From: Camelus ferus
Taxonomy: Eukaryota
Assembly (NCBI RefSeq): GCF_009834535.1
Contig: NC_045697.1
Location: 51,524,001-51,588,000 of the forward strand
Reading direction: 5' to 3'
DNA length: 64,000 nt
Shown here: in pieces, positions 12,620-26,199 of the stretch
Numbering within the stretch: position 1 is the first letter of the stretch
Layout of the letters: every line of letters starts with the position of its first letter
Notes under the pieces: generated by a model
Told to the model about the DNA's origin: nothing
Databases searched by the model: none
Seen by the model: only the letters and a program-made list of their open reading frames with translations
Program-made: the position numbers and the translations under genes

Positions 12620-13740
12620 GTAAGTTTATTTTCCTCCATTGTCCTGGGAACTTAGTAGTCCATTTCAATCTAGAAAGTTTTATGGGGAATTCTTCTGAAT
12701 TATTTCATTAATAATTTTTTCCTGTTGCTTTCATCCTTCTCTCTGGCCTCTTTTTACTGATTATTAAATCTTTTTCTATTTGTTTAATTTTATTTATTTA
12801 TTCCCTCTATTTTCTTTGTCTTTTTGATTTACTTTCTGGAAACTCTTCTCTACTTTACCCTCCAACACCTCTCTTGAGTTTTTCAAGTCTGCTATCATAT
12901 TTTTAATTTCCAAGGATTCCTTTTTATTTTCTGAATTAAAAGAATCATCATGTTCTTATTTCATGAATGCCAGTTCTTCCTTTAGTTCCCTCAGGATATT
13001 AATGACAGAATTTGCTTGGTTCATAGTCTATATTTCCTTCCTTCACTTATTTTTGTTTGTTTGGGCTCCTGTCTTTCACATTCGAGACCTATGCATTTTG
13101 GCTATTGGCTGTTGTGCAAGGTATTCAAGGGCTGGTTGGAAGCTTTGTGTGTTAGCTAGAGCTTGTTGATCTGGGTTCCATTCTCAGGTGATCTAGCTGG
13201 ATCATTTCAATGGAACTTCCAGTGTCAGTATTTGTAAGCTTTTTTTTTTTTTTTTTTTTTTTTTTGGGCAGGCAGATTCTCCAGAGAAGATTCTCTTGAA
13301 CTTGTCTGGAGATCAGAATTCTCACTGCCAACCTCTAGGGTGCCCTGTGCCTAGGGTGCCTTGGCCTGATAGAATTTTCCAGAGACAAAACCTTCCATCT
13401 TATGTGGAAAGGAGTTGTGAAGTGGATCCGGTGGTTTAATTGCTTCTTATATCTTCAGCAAACCTTTCTGATTTTAGTTCTGCCTCTACCTACTCACCCA
13501 GAGTTATCTGCATGCCATAAAGTCTAAGTACTTTAGGGGCCATGTTTTCCTTATAGGGTCTACTTTTTTGGGTCTATTAAGGCAGTTGCCACTTGTTCTA
13601 TCTCTTTCTGTCTTTTGCTATAGACTCCTCTTTCATTCTCTTGGTCCTTGTGAATTTTTGAATTTTGGTCTGATCACTTTACTATAACTTTAGTGAAGTG
13701 GTATGAGTGAGCATGAGTTTATCCATCAATTTAGTTGGAA
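12620..13740 (-). mobile_element. Ancient L1 (L1ME-like) ORF1/5' region remnant, with a poly-T run at 13239-13265
   Basis: T-rich antisense L1ME-type text (ccatttcaatctagaaa, tctgctatcatatttttaatttccaag). Confidence 0.55.
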
Positions 13741-13969
13741 AGTTTGCAATACTTTTCAGACATGCTCAAATTTTTGAATAAAAAGATATTCTATCTGGTC
13801 TTGATGACAAACATTTGCTTCCTTACAACACTATTTGTAAAGGCTAATATTCATTGTTCTGTTTTTTCCTAACACTATTTGTACATTTGGCGGTAGCTGT
13901 ATCTGTAAACATGCACAATGTATTTGACTTATGTGAGTAGATATGTCAACATGATTGATGGGCAGACAA

Positions 13970-14560
13970 CATATAATATTTTCATCAGTTATTTGAATAG
14001 TGGCTGAATATATCCAATGCACGTGCATTGATTTTGCTGATAGCATGGGTCACTGGGTAATTGGACAATAGTGTCAAAAAAGCATAAACAAACATATAAC
14101 TAGTTGAAAGGAGAGGCAAAGGATGGAGGGCCATAAAAACTAAATCCGTATTCTTTAATTAGTGTACACTGGCTATTTTTGAAAATGGAAGGAAAAGGCT
14201 TATAACTGATGACAAACTAAACATGAATTAACAATACACTATAAATGTTCATATATTTTTATATATTAAGGCAAGGTACTGGTTTTTGTCATTAAGAAAA
14301 TAGTTTGTTAGAGAAGCTCATTAATCCTCCCAGAATTAACATTAGTCAGGCCTTAATCACAATTTTATTTAGGGGCCCACAATTTCAGCAAGATATGAGG
14401 ACCATGAAAAGACTTCAGAAGAAAGCAGTAAGAAGAATTAAACCACCTAGAGCTAAAATTGGAAAGGAAAGCATAAAATTTGCAGTCATTTAATCTAGTA
14501 AGGGAAAAGTTGAGAAGGGATGGAATGACAGTCTTTATACAAGTGAAACAATTATGTTTC
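13970..14560 (+). mobile_element. CR1/L3 LINE remnant (reverse transcriptase C-terminal region)
   Basis: Decayed CR1 ORF2 motifs in the expected order: aatattttcatcagttatttg (NIFI..L), tttgctgat (FAD), gatgacaaactaaacatg (DDKLNM), ttagtcaggcct (LVRP), GPQFQQDMRTMKRLQKKAVRRIK (cf. APQFKKD.EKLERVQRRATRMIK), then an FSLEKRRLRGDMITVF-like stretch. Confidence 0.75.
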
Positions 14561-15063
14561 AGGGATGCAAAGTACTATCCCTACCCTCCACTCATATGCC
14601 ACTCCCTCCAAGCTGATTTACATTGTGAATTGGATAAGGGAAGTTCCTAGCTTATAATCTTATACATTTGTCTTGAAATAAGGGATGCATAGTCCTTTTA
14701 GGTCAAGAAGTGTTTAATGAATTATTGAGTGAGTAGGGTTGGGTAGAGACATATGGAGCCATCAGATGCAAAAGATACTGAGCACGAAGTTGGGAGGCTC
14801 AGACTGGTTCCCTCTTCCGGCATAAATTAATTGCATGATCTTTAAGGTGAACCACTTGATCTCCCAATGCCTGAGTTTTTTCTTCTGCAAAGCAAGGAAA
14901 CAGCCCTGCACCCCAATTTGTTCAGCATCATTATGATAGAAAAAAAGAGATGCCAACAAGGTAATCCCATCTCTGCCACCTACTAGAAATCCATCCCTTC
15001 TTCGGGACAGGCTTTGGATGGTTTTCCCAACTCAGAAGAGACTTTCCCAAACTAGGAAGAATG

Positions 15064-15320
15064 TCAGAGCAGTTAAGTGTGTGGGCTCTGAGAGCCTACT
15101 ACTACAGGCTTACATCTAACTTAGTTTCTTATTGGATAGGTATCTTTGGACACATTGCTTTAGTCTTCTAGACCTCATTTTCCTCATCTTTGAAATGAAC
15201 TCTTTAAAATCATCCTTAAAATTATAAGAATAATAATACAGACACAGTAGAATTAAATGTAATGTACTTAAAACAGGAGCCAAAACAAAGTAAGTGCTCA
15301 GTAAGCATTTATAATTACAT
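15064..15320 (+). mobile_element. MIR SINE
   Basis: gttaagtgtgtgggctctg...cctcattttcctcatctttgaaatg...taagtgctcagtaa. Confidence 0.75.
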
Positions 15321-15379
15321 TCTGACCCGTGAGACTTCTGCATCTGAACATCAAGAAACCTCCATTTACACCTCAGTAG

Positions 15380-15565
15380 CAGTACTTATCTTTGTGTCCA
15401 AGTAATATTTTGATTTATATTAAAGATCTTTGTGTCCTTGCCTTTTTATCCCCACTAGATTTTAAATAAGTTCTTTGAGGGCAAGAATTATTTCATTCTG
15501 TTTTGATTCCCTAAACACTCAGGCCTGCTTCACAGTAGCTGCTTGAAAGTATTTATTGAATGGAA
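15380..15565 (+). mobile_element. L2 LINE 3' end
   Basis: ccactaga...tttgagggcaagaa...tatttattgaatg terminus. Confidence 0.65.
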
Positions 15566-15671
15566 GTAAAAAGCTAAAAGTGCATGTAAAGTGTATCATG
15601 TATAATGAAATTAATTTCTGTATGTGGTGTGTGAAATTCCAGGTCATTAGATCATTCTTCTTTATAGGAGT

Positions 15672-15895
15672 TACGTCGTAGAAAGAGACTGAGTTTTGGA
15701 GTCAGACAGCCATGAGTTCAGTTTTCATTCTTCCACTGATAGGCTTTGCAAGTCTAGCTTTACTTCCTTGAGCCTTGGTTATAAAAACTCAGGAAGAAGC
15801 AAACACTTGGCAGAGCTGTTGTGAGGACTGCAGACAGTACACTTAAAGCATCTAGCACGACAGTAGGTAAAATACATGAGTAGCTATTACCTTTT
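15672..15895 (+). mobile_element. MIR SINE
   Basis: ttttggagtcagacagccatgagttca...gttgtgaggact...aaagcatctagcac. Confidence 0.7.
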
Positions 15896-16539
15896 GTAAT
15901 TATTTTGATAACCATCTTGATTATCCTTGCCATTTAAGAGGCAAGTCTGGCTCTTTGTGATGTTGGTCAGATGATTGTTTCAAAGAATCTCTGAGACCCA
16001 TCACCTCCAATACCCTGACTTCCTGTCTTTGGCAATAGCAGGCTCTGCTTCGAAGGAATTCTGTCTAAAATGGTCTAGATGACAGTCTTGCCTTTTAAGG
16101 AGGGATTGAAAGATGGCTGACATTGCTTTCTAGGCCCAGGGGACTAAGAAAACAGACAAGGGGTGCAGTCATGTTGGCAGTCCTGATTTGAAAGCAGATG
16201 CAGGAGACAGATAACAGCAGCAGAGACGGGAGCCCTGAATTCCCAATACTAACAGGACCAAAAGGGAGACCCAGAACTACGGGGGCTGAGGGTGCAGAGT
16301 GGCTACAGGTCCAGCTATTCTAAGCCACTTCACTTGGAGTTCCACGAGCAGATGGTGCAATTTCAACTCTATGCTGTGCACTTGATTCTCCCGCTGCCTA
16401 CAACTCATTCCCTTGCCCTTGACCCCCTGCTCAACATCCTGATAATTTTTCGAGGTTCAGTTAATGGGGCACCTTCTCTACAGTACCTCAGTAGAATGGG
16501 CTAATCTTACTTTTAGTTTCCCTTTAAAATAGGTACATA

Positions 16540-16720
16540 TTTTTATTATAATACCTATAGTACTTCTCTGCATTTACTTGAAAAGTCTGTTTCCTTTTAT
16601 TAAATTTTAAGTTCCTTGAGGGTATAACAGGGTGTTCTTTGTCTTTTTATCCCTAATGGTTAAGGCCAGGTCTAGCACATAGAATATATTCAATAAAGGT
16701 TTGTTAACTGACTGTATGAT
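16540..16720 (+). mobile_element. L2 LINE 3' end
   Basis: aagttccttgagggt...tctagcacatagaatatattcaataaaggtttgtt. Confidence 0.65.
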
Positions 16721-19519
16721 TGACCCAGAAGTTGTTAATTCAAACCCTTATGTGCCCACTGATTTCCTCTATACACCAGGCAGTAACTTCGCCTTGATGA
16801 CTAACTTTTCTTATTTCTGAAAGTTGAAGCAACATGCTTTGTCTTTACTCAGAAATGTTTTAAGGACCTATGAAAGTGCTGCTGAAAGAGATTTCACTTG
16901 TAGATGAAAGCACCCATAATTCTGAGTATGACTATCATAAGATGGTCAGGGATGTGTGCCAAGTGCCACTTTTACTTTGTATGTCAGTATTTGCTGTTTA
17001 CGTAACAGCTATTTTATTTTTCGATGAGAACATTATCAGGAAAAATAAAATACGTTTCAGTGATGGGTTTATCATACATTAGGAATTTCAGGTGAACATT
17101 TATTCCTGCCTTTGTAAGTAATTGTGGATCTTGAAAATTAAAACAAAATTTTTTTTTTGGTTGTCTGGTTCCTCAAATTACTTTCCTTTTCTGTTGTTTT
17201 AAATTATATAATTTGTGGAACCACCATTTTACCTCAATTTAAGATAGTTTTTTTTAAAATTTCAGAATATATAAATTAAACTTTGAATTTATGAGAAAAT
17301 AGCACATTCAATAAATGTTTCATATGCACTTATTTTGTAAACATTGACATTCTAGTTTTGAAAGGAATGCAAAATCCTCATTAAACTACAGCAAGGAGGG
17401 TAAGACGCATTGAGAAATTAATGTAATTAATGTAATTTAAGGCAGAATACCAGACACCATGTGCAAGGAGACTGGTATGGGGTCTAGAAGCAGCAGGGCT
17501 CACAAGTCAATGTATTTATATTTGAGAGGAAGACACTCAAGTTATATCATGTTTGGGCCAAGCAAGTAAAAATTAATCCAAATCAGAATTAGTAAGGGAA
17601 TTAGGCCATCTCTTTAATTCTATATACTTCTGGACTCTTGGGACCTAAGGTAAATTTGTCCTCTGACTTGGAGGTGGGGTGGGAAATCACAGGCATGGGA
17701 GTCACGATCTTTCCCTCTCCAGCTATTCCTAGCGCAGCTGGCTCAGTGACCTCATGGAAACCACGCAGCCAGCAGTCTCGAGACACCAGCTTAGGCCTCA
17801 GAAGTTGCAGGTCTAAAAATGAGTAGAGACCACCTCTCCCTACATCAGTGGGTTGTTTTGTGGCACAAGCAAGACAATACATGTAAATAATTTGAACATT
17901 TATAAATCTCACTGCTTATAAATATGTGATATTACATATTATAAAGATTAGCATGTATTACTTATTAAAAGTTGAATACTGAAAAAATAGCCCATTGATA
18001 GAAACTTGCCCATAAATAGTTCTGCAGAATCGCTAATATCATATCCTTAAATTTCCAAGTGGGCTACTGAGAGGGACTTTTTTTCAAATCATGAAACGGT
18101 GAGCATGAATGATGACTGATTAAACCATTGTATATTCTAATAAAAGCATCATTACATGCATAGTTAGTACAAAGGCTTAACTAAGAGTTTTCTAAGAATT
18201 TATTTTGCAAAATTGTAATGCATGCTTGATTTGCATGTAATACTTAATTCTTGTCCCAGAGACCTTGGCAGAAGCTTTATCCCACTGGTATTACTTAGTG
18301 ATTTTTCTTTAGTTGAAAGGAGAAGGAGGAAGCCAGCTGCAGCTTTGACACTTATAATTGCACCCCATGTAATAGCAATAGTTATGTAAGGGCTGTTTAA
18401 TTTGAAAGTAACATCAGCCATGCAAGTTTCATATCAATTGAAAATGAAAGGAGAAAAATGTCTGCCAAATGGAAAAGGGTTAAATTACTAGGATTAAGTG
18501 AAATAAATTATTTCCAATATTCTGTGAAAGTATAGCTAGCAAGTAATGCAAAATAAAAACTTTAAAAGTGTAAAGTTAAAATGATACTGAAGTACTAAAT
18601 TGGGCTTATTTTCATTGAGCAGTTCAGAAAAATCTGATAATACTCTGTGTGGTGTGTGCAGCAATTCTCAGTGAAAATTTTAATCCCTTTTTGGAAAAAT
18701 ACCAGTTGTAATGATGTGTCTCCTCAACCTAACTGGCAGTGGACCATAAGATCCTGAAGCTGGCTCAGCCTACACTGATGTGGGAGTGATTATTTGGGAC
18801 ATTCCTTTGAGCTCTGGGGTAGGAGTTTGGCGGTAGCATGAATCTGAACCAAGTTTATATGTAGTACTGGTATGCAGTCTTTTGTTTCCTTGCTTAGAAA
18901 GATAATTGTATTCTTCCAATTTTATAGGTGCATCTAGTTGGGCTTAAAATATTACAAATTATTACAGTAAAAGAAATGTTCTTAATCTTAGAGGAAGTCA
19001 GAAAATAATAATGATGATGATGAAATCTGAGCACTAACTTTGGAGAAACCAAACCTAGTGCAGGTGCATGGCTCACTCGAGGTCACTCAGCTCCTTAGCA
19101 CCAAAGCCGGGTCTTAAAATGAGAGGTTTGGTTTGGGTTGCAGCCTCCCAGGCCTTACTTTTCTTCTTCGCTACGTGAATTCTAGTCCTGTCTAGCTTTC
19201 AAGTACCACAGTTCCCACTGTAAAGCTGTCTTTCTTTTAATTGCTTTAATATTTTATTTTGAAGGGAAACTGTTTTGAAAGAAATTTTACTTAGACTATT
19301 TACTATAAAATAATACTTTATTTTTTATAACTTAGGACATAGATGGAAAGGCTGATTATTAATTTTGAAAGCTAGAATGTACAACAAACCAGTGTCTTCT
19401 GTATTTAGAATACGATCACTAATCAGATAGTTCAACATATCCCAGGAAATTACTTTACTAGTGCTACCCAGTATCTAGTTGATGCTAAACTGAAGAAAAC
19501 TCTAAATATTTTATTTTAG

Positions 19520-19670
19520 AAGCACAGTGGTTTAGGGACATCCGTTCTGGTTCTGCAGACAAAAACTTTGTTTCTTTTGAAAATCATTTAAACTCTAAGG
19601 GATTCAGTTTCTTCACTTGTAAAATGAGAGTCTCAAACTTCTTGACTTTAATGTTCCTTCCAGATCTGTG
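19520..19670 (+). mobile_element. MIR (MIR3-like) fragment
   Basis: tcagtttcttcacttgtaaaatgag...tccttccagatct. Confidence 0.55.
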
Positions 19671-20234
19671 ATTTCGGACTTTTTTGTATTTGTATCAAAT
19701 TAGAACACTATAATCTAATGATATTTATGAATGATATTTTCTTTCTGCATTATTGTAGGACAATGGACTTTATTTTTAAATTTACTTTAGAACTTAATTA
19801 TTGACACATTTCATTTAGAGGTGACAACAGAATATTTTTTAAAGTGACTCTAGAATATATCTGAATATACGTCTTTCACAAACACATCGTCAATAGCTTC
19901 TTCCACTCTTCTGTTTCCATATGTGAATCTGGGTGGCAGAGAAGTGCCTCTTGAGCTGCAAGGGACTCCCTTTTGAAACTGGGAACAGTGGTAAATCTTC
20001 AGTGCAAGCTTCAATGTTATATAAGATTTTTTAATAAAAAGAAATAGTGATTTGCATATATTATTTTGAGCAGAAAAAAGAAAATCAAATTTCATAAACT
20101 AAGTTTAAATTCAGGCAGGAGTCTTTACTTATATCTGTTGGTTTAGAAATAGGAGGATCAGTAGAACATAGAAATAACTCTAGATTCCTACTTGAACAGG
20201 AGAGGAAGACTCAAAGACCCAAGGAAACAAGTAC

Positions 20235-20272
20235 ATACACACACACACACGCACACACACACAAACACACAT
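20235..20272. repeat. Imperfect (CA)n microsatellite
   Basis: Directly visible. Confidence 0.85.
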
Positions 20273-20599
20273 ATAGCTTAAAAAATAATAGAAAGGGGAG
20301 ACCTTACTGTAGCATTTGCCCCAAGATAGACATACAAGTGCAGCTTTTTGAAGAGGAAGAAGTACAGGCAACTTATGACTTCTCAAAAAGAAAGGAGAAG
20401 CCTGTTGTCAGAGATAAGCCCCAGCAGGCATGGTGTACTGGCTGGCATCTGCTCTGGTTGTTAGTACTCATGCTGCACTGGCCTTTATTTTTCATATCTT
20501 CACATAATATATGGAAAGAATTCCCTAGACTCAAATGGAAAATTATATTTATTCCATCAGGTTGCCTTTATTATTCCTCTCCTACAATCACCAGGGACA

Positions 20600-21460
20600 G
20601 GTGAGAATAAACAGAACCCTTGCCCAGATGAATAAGGTTTTCAAATACAATGAAGAATAACTATCGAGAATTGCCATGCATTTAAGGAAAACTAGTATCA
20701 GAAGAGATGCCAAACTCAACAAATGGGAAAACAAACACTGAGAATATGGAGATAATAGAAGAGTAAGAAAGCTTTATAATAGACCTAATTAATATTCTCA
20801 GATTTGAGTAGATTTTGCATACATGAAAGACAAGTAGTCCCTTAAAGGGAGGAAAACCAGTTGGAATTCTTGCAAATATAAATAATCATAACCAATACAA
20901 AACATTTCAACTGAGATGCTAAATAGCTGAAAGGACAGAGCTGAAAATCAACTCAGTACACCATAAGATGGAGCAAGTAATTTTATGTGGGAGTGTAGAA
21001 TCATTTCTGTATCTGCAAAAAGATTTGCAAGAAAGTGTATATGCCATTGTTATTAATTGTAAAAAATGAAAAATAATCTAAACCCATGGACTAATTAGAT
21101 TAATTATGGACAACTGTCTGTTAAAACAATCAAGTATTTATGAATGTTCACAGACTTAGAAATATCTTCAAGTCATATTTTCACAAAAAAAGTAATAGAA
21201 TTACAGTTATAATTATATTTGTTTTAAATAATCCTGAGAAAATATATTTTCGTATATGTATGCAATTATAGAGTAGTCTGAAAGAATACAAACTGAAATG
21301 TTAACAATTATTATCTTTGAGGAGGAGTTGATGTGGGAGAAGAGCTGATCTGGGGGAAGATTTGCTTTCCATTTTGACTTCTATTATTTTACAATATGAA
21401 TAATTCTGTATTATGCATATTACTCATATAACATTTTAAAATTTCTAAAAGAAAAATAGC
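20600..21460 (+). mobile_element. Ancient L1 (L1ME-like) fragments, sense orientation
   Basis: A-rich ORF1-like text (ctaaatagctgaaaggacagagctgaaaatcaa) followed by old 3'UTR text (aaatgttaacaattattatctttgagg). Confidence 0.5.
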
Positions 21461-21589
21461 AAAATTCTTTGAAATACTGTACTGAAGGACAATTACTGTG
21501 CACACATCCAGACCACTTATTATACATATGAATATGCAGATATATTTAATTTTCCAAAAATGGATGTATGCATACATAATGCACTTAGG

Positions 21590-23060
21590 TCAATTTTTAA
21601 TTAAACATTTTTCTTTTGACATAATTATAGATTCACTTACAGTTTTGAGAAATACTACAGAGAGATCTCACATACACTTTATGTTGATTATCCCAATGGT
21701 AGCATATTGTAAATCTGTACAATATCACAACCATGACACTGATGTTGAAGTTAAGGTAGAGAACATTTTCATCTCTGCAAGATAGTTCACATATTTTCCT
21801 TTCCTAGTCACAGTCACTTACCTCCCACTCACCACTTTTTACTTAACCCCCAGCAACCACTAATATGTTCCTCATTTCTATCATTTCATCATCTTAAGAA
21901 TGTTATACAAATGGAATCATACGGTATGTAACATTCTGAGGCTGACTTTTTCACTCAGAATAATCCTCTAGAGATTTATTCAGGTTGTTGCATGGATCAA
22001 TAGTTCATTCCTTTTTACTGCTAAGTAGTATTCCAGGGTATGGATGTAACCATTTGTTTAATCAATCACTTGTTGAAGGATGTCTAAATTGTTTACAGTT
22101 TTCGGTTATTATAAATAGAGCTGTTGTAAACACTGGTGTACAGGTTTTTTGTTGCCATAAGTCTACATTTCTCTGGGATAAATATCCAGGGGTGCAATGT
22201 CTCGGTCATATGATAGTTACAAGTTCATTTTCTTTCAAATAAATTGCAAAACTGTTTTCCAGAGTGACCATACTATTTTACATTATTTCTTCCTTTCTAA
22301 TCTGCATAGCTTTTATTTCTTTTTCTTGTTTTATTGCACTGATTAGAACTTTGAGCACTATGTTGAATGAGAGTGCTGGGAGCAGGCATCTTGCCTTCTT
22401 CCTGATCTCAACAATAAAGCATTCTGTCTTTCACCATTCAGTATCATGTTAGCTATAGGGTTTTTGTACATAATTTTTTTTATCAAGCTTAGGAAGTTAC
22501 TTGTTCTTATTTTCCTGAGAGCTTTTTTTTTCTTTTCAAATCGTGAAAGGTGTTGAATTTTGTCATATAGTTCTTCTGAACTGATTAATATGTGATTTTT
22601 CTTCTTTGTCTGATTTTCAACTACTGAACCAACATTGATTGCATCACTGGAATAAACTCTGTTTGAACTTGGTGTATGATCCTTTAATATACTGCTTCTT
22701 TTTGCTAACAATTTGGTAGGGATCATCTACATTGATGAGAGATACTGGTCAATAGTTTTCCTTTTTTCTTCTTCTGCTGTCTTTGTCTAGTTTGGGTTTT
22801 AGGGAAATACTAGCTTTACAAAATGAATTAGGAAGTGCTGCTCCCTTCTATTCTGGAAGAGTTTGTTTGTTTGTTTTCAATTGATGTTATTTCTTTAAAT
22901 GTTTGGTAGAATTCTACAGTGAAAACATGAGATGGGTTTTTGGGGAAAAGTTTTAAATTATGAATTCAAGTTTCTTAATAGTGATAGTATATTCAAAATA
23001 CCTATTTCATATTGGGTGAGTTGTGGTAGTTTGTGTTTTTTGAGGAAGTGGTCAATATGT
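21590..23060 (-). mobile_element. L1 (L1MC-like) 3'UTR plus internally deleted ORF2
   Basis: Antisense 3'UTR (aatggaatcatacggtatgtaac, cttttactgctaagtagtattcc), then ORF2 remnant NHILISSEELYDKIQH...NPIANMILNGE in minus ORF 22358-22726. Confidence 0.8.
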
Positions 23061-23959
23061 AATGTATTTTTTATTCATTTTTTCATTAGTGTTGAATTGT
23101 AAACAGTTTTCTCTTTCTCCAAAAATACTTACAGAGTGTAATTTAAGTGATTATATAGATTTTACTTAATAGATATATCATAATTGATGTAACTCATTTC
23201 TTACTGTTGGGCAAATGGATTGTTTACAGATTTTCCCCATTGTAATTACATTGTAATAAATATGGTTATACACATTCCAAAGTGTAATAGTTAAAAAGAA
23301 GGAAGCTTGGCCACAGCCTGATTTATATCATTTAAAACTAAAATTCCATCTTTTCCAAAGGTATTCCAGTTCACTCTGATTATGGCAGTGTTATTTTCAT
23401 AAAAATGTGACTCTAAGTACAAATTGATAGAAATTAGTTTTAGTTCTGTTCTGCCTGATTTCTTTGTTTCTTTCACCTTCCATCCCTCCTCCAGAAATGT
23501 TTAAATACAAATAATTAATTCCTGTCGTCAAAAAGCTTAAACAAAGAAAAAAAGAGGAGATAGACTTTTGATTGTCACAGTAACTCATCTTGGAACCAGG
23601 AGAAGTCACTCGAATTTCTTATCTTCACTTTCTTCAATTATAAAGTGAAAAAGTTGAGTTAGTAGTTATCTAAGATTATTCCCAGCACCTAAATTCTTAT
23701 TTTCCTTTATTCAGGCCATCATAATGTTACTGAAGTGATATATTCATCTTTTTTCCAGTTTTTTTTCTGTTCTTTTGCATGATTTTTTTAGTAGCTATTG
23801 TTTGTTATTCTTTTTACACTTTCTGGCAGGTTTTTTTTATATGAGAAGAATATGAGGGGGTACAGTCTTCTGTCACCACAGGAAGATTTTTCTGTATTTC
23901 ACTTCATCTATGCTGTGTGGGTGGGAGAATTGATCACCGCACCAAATTTCTCAATACAC

Positions 23960-24130
23960 TATATAATACCTTATAGACTACGGAATATGCGCCAGCTCTT
24001 TCTTTTTATAGCCATTTAGTCTATCTGGGTCTTAGTTTATTTATCTGTAAAACGGAGGAAATTATCTACCTCATTGCTTTCTCTTAAGAAGTAGAAGAGG
24101 TAATGAATAGGAAAGTCGTCGTGAAATGAA
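23960..24130 (+). mobile_element. MIR fragment
   Basis: cttagtttatttatctgtaaaacggaggaaattatctacctca. Confidence 0.55.
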
Positions 24131-24183
24131 GTAGAAGTCCGGGGTGGAGCACCACCTGGGTAACACGCTAGAAGGATCTCTCA

Positions 24184-24197
24184 CCACTAGATGGCAC
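24184..24197 (+). promoter_or_regulatory. Candidate CTCF binding motif
   Basis: CCACTAGATGGCAC fully matches the degenerate CTCF core CCASYAGRKGGCRS and lies in apparently non-repetitive, GC-richer sequence. Confidence 0.55.
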
Positions 24198-25479
24198 AGT
24201 GGAGCAGAGAGTGTGTCCATCCTACACTGAACTCAGTGGACCTTAGCTAATTCCAGCCTCTCAAGCGAAGCATCTCTTTCTTTCCCACTTTCATTAATCC
24301 ACCCTTTTGATTCTACCTCCTTAGCTCCCAAGTCTTCCACTGGTATTTTGAAGTTCTTCTCCTTTTAAGCTGTCAAGAGAAGAATTTTTGGCTACATGTT
24401 TGCAATTCTCTGTCCCCACTCCGTAGCTACAGGCTGGCTCACTAGCCTTGACTGCTCAGGAGGGAAGCCAGACATCTCGAGCCAGAGAGTTTGGCTCTTA
24501 TTCCTGCCAAATTAAGAGTTGATGACATAAAACTTTCTTACATATGCCCATATGTCTCTTGTCACTTTTGGGGGGTCTTAGTCCTGGGGGATTGAGTGTC
24601 AAAGTAGAGAACACAGTACCCAGCACCTGGGAAGTCAGACCATGGTCTCACTGCAGTGTGGGTGACTTCGTACTTTATAACGGACTCCAGAAGTCTCTGT
24701 AGATTACGTGTGATCAGGACAGTTACAGATACAGTTTTTCACTGTTTGTTTTTTTGATAAACTTCTCATTGGAAATAAATACATAAATAAGGAATACAGT
24801 TGTTTTCCTGTTTGCTATGGCTAGAAGATATGCAGACATGCAGTGGTAACGCCGAGTCTTGTAGCAAGGCTGAACACTGAAAAACTGCTCCAAACCAAGG
24901 GTTTTCCTTCCAGGTAGGCAGAGGTGTTGTACTCCAAAGATGTTACCTACAAAACAAGTGTTAAAATTTTCCTTTCTAAGAATATCTTCCGCCTAGTCCA
25001 GCTGGGATGCTCAAATTTTCCCTGTTTAGGTTTAAGGAATCATTTCTTGTGCACCCCATAAAAATGTAGGTCCCATCAGGGTATGATTTCATATGAATTT
25101 GTTGTAGATGTACTATGTTAGCATGAGGAACTGGATCCCATGGATCCAGGAAGCTAAATAAACTAGGTTAAGTAATAGCTAAGGTCAAGTTAAGGTCCCT
25201 TAAACACAGTTAGAGACTGTGTTTTGATGGAGTCAGAGCACAGGATATTTTAGAGGAAGAAGAGAGATCAGAGCAACCAATGGTATCCAAAAATACTGTC
25301 TACAAGGAGGTAGTGCAGTGTAGGCTTAAGGGTTATCAGCAGGTTAAGTGAGATCATGTATATAATGAAATATTATCCCAGAGCTTGCAACAAGACACAT
25401 CCATACTAGTAAATAAAAGAGGTGCTTTCATTTTTTAAAAGAACAGTAAAATCAAAAGAAACTGAAAAAAAAAAGTTAC

Positions 25480-25810
25480 TATTACTACAACATGCCTTGC
25501 AGTTTGATGCTGGGTTAACAATAGAGAACAATACAGACGTGGTTCTTGCCCTCAGGGAGCTAAAGTTGAGTGGATGGGCAACTAACTACAGATTATAACA
25601 GAGTGTATGGTGCATACTCAGCAGAAAGTCAGAGCAGGCTGTTTGAGGAGCACGGAGGGCTTTCTAGAGAGGTGACTTCCTGTTCTGCGACCTGAATGAG
25701 GAGTGGGTAGTGAGGTGAAGGGAGGAGAGTTCCACCATAGGGAACACACACATGAAATCCAGAACTGAGACCAGGCAGGACGTGTGTTAGGAGCCGGAAG
25801 GAATTTAGTT
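25480..25810 (-). mobile_element. L2 LINE fragment
   Basis: acagacgtggttcttgccctcagggagctaaagttgagtgg...gtcagagcaggct...gacctgaatgag. Confidence 0.65.
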
Positions 25811-26199
25811 GTTGGAAGACAGAGTTCCGGGGAGGGGGAGGCAGTTACTGTTCTGAAATGAGGCTGAAGAGGTTGGCAGCAGAGGGGAGAGTGGAAAGAG
25901 GTGGGCGTAAAAGACATACCTATAGTTGTTTGAAGCTGGAACTGGCTGCTCCAAAGTGAGAAAAACCTTAGTCACCAGCACAGATCTGTTCATTGTTTTT
26001 GGAATATTGATGCTGCAACCAACTGTCATTGAATTTAGGAGAAAACTGAACGTTCTTATGAGCATGTTCGTGCTCTGAATCATACGCTACAATTAGAAGG
26101 TTGTTGCTTCTCTTCATACACTCTTTTTTCCTTTCCTCAGAAGGGTCAGAGTGATAAAAAGGCCAATGAGTGAAGAAGACACAGCTGAACAAACAGGGA

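Noticed and set aside
19850..19990. Protein-looking minus-strand tail (PPRFTYGNRRVEEAIDDVFVKDVYSDIF) with a downstream AATAAA
   Set aside because: No recognisable homology and no supporting upstream exons; AATAAA is frequent in AT-rich DNA.
25131..25149. Palindrome ctggatcc-cat-ggatccag
   Set aside because: An 8-bp stem is expected by chance at this window size.
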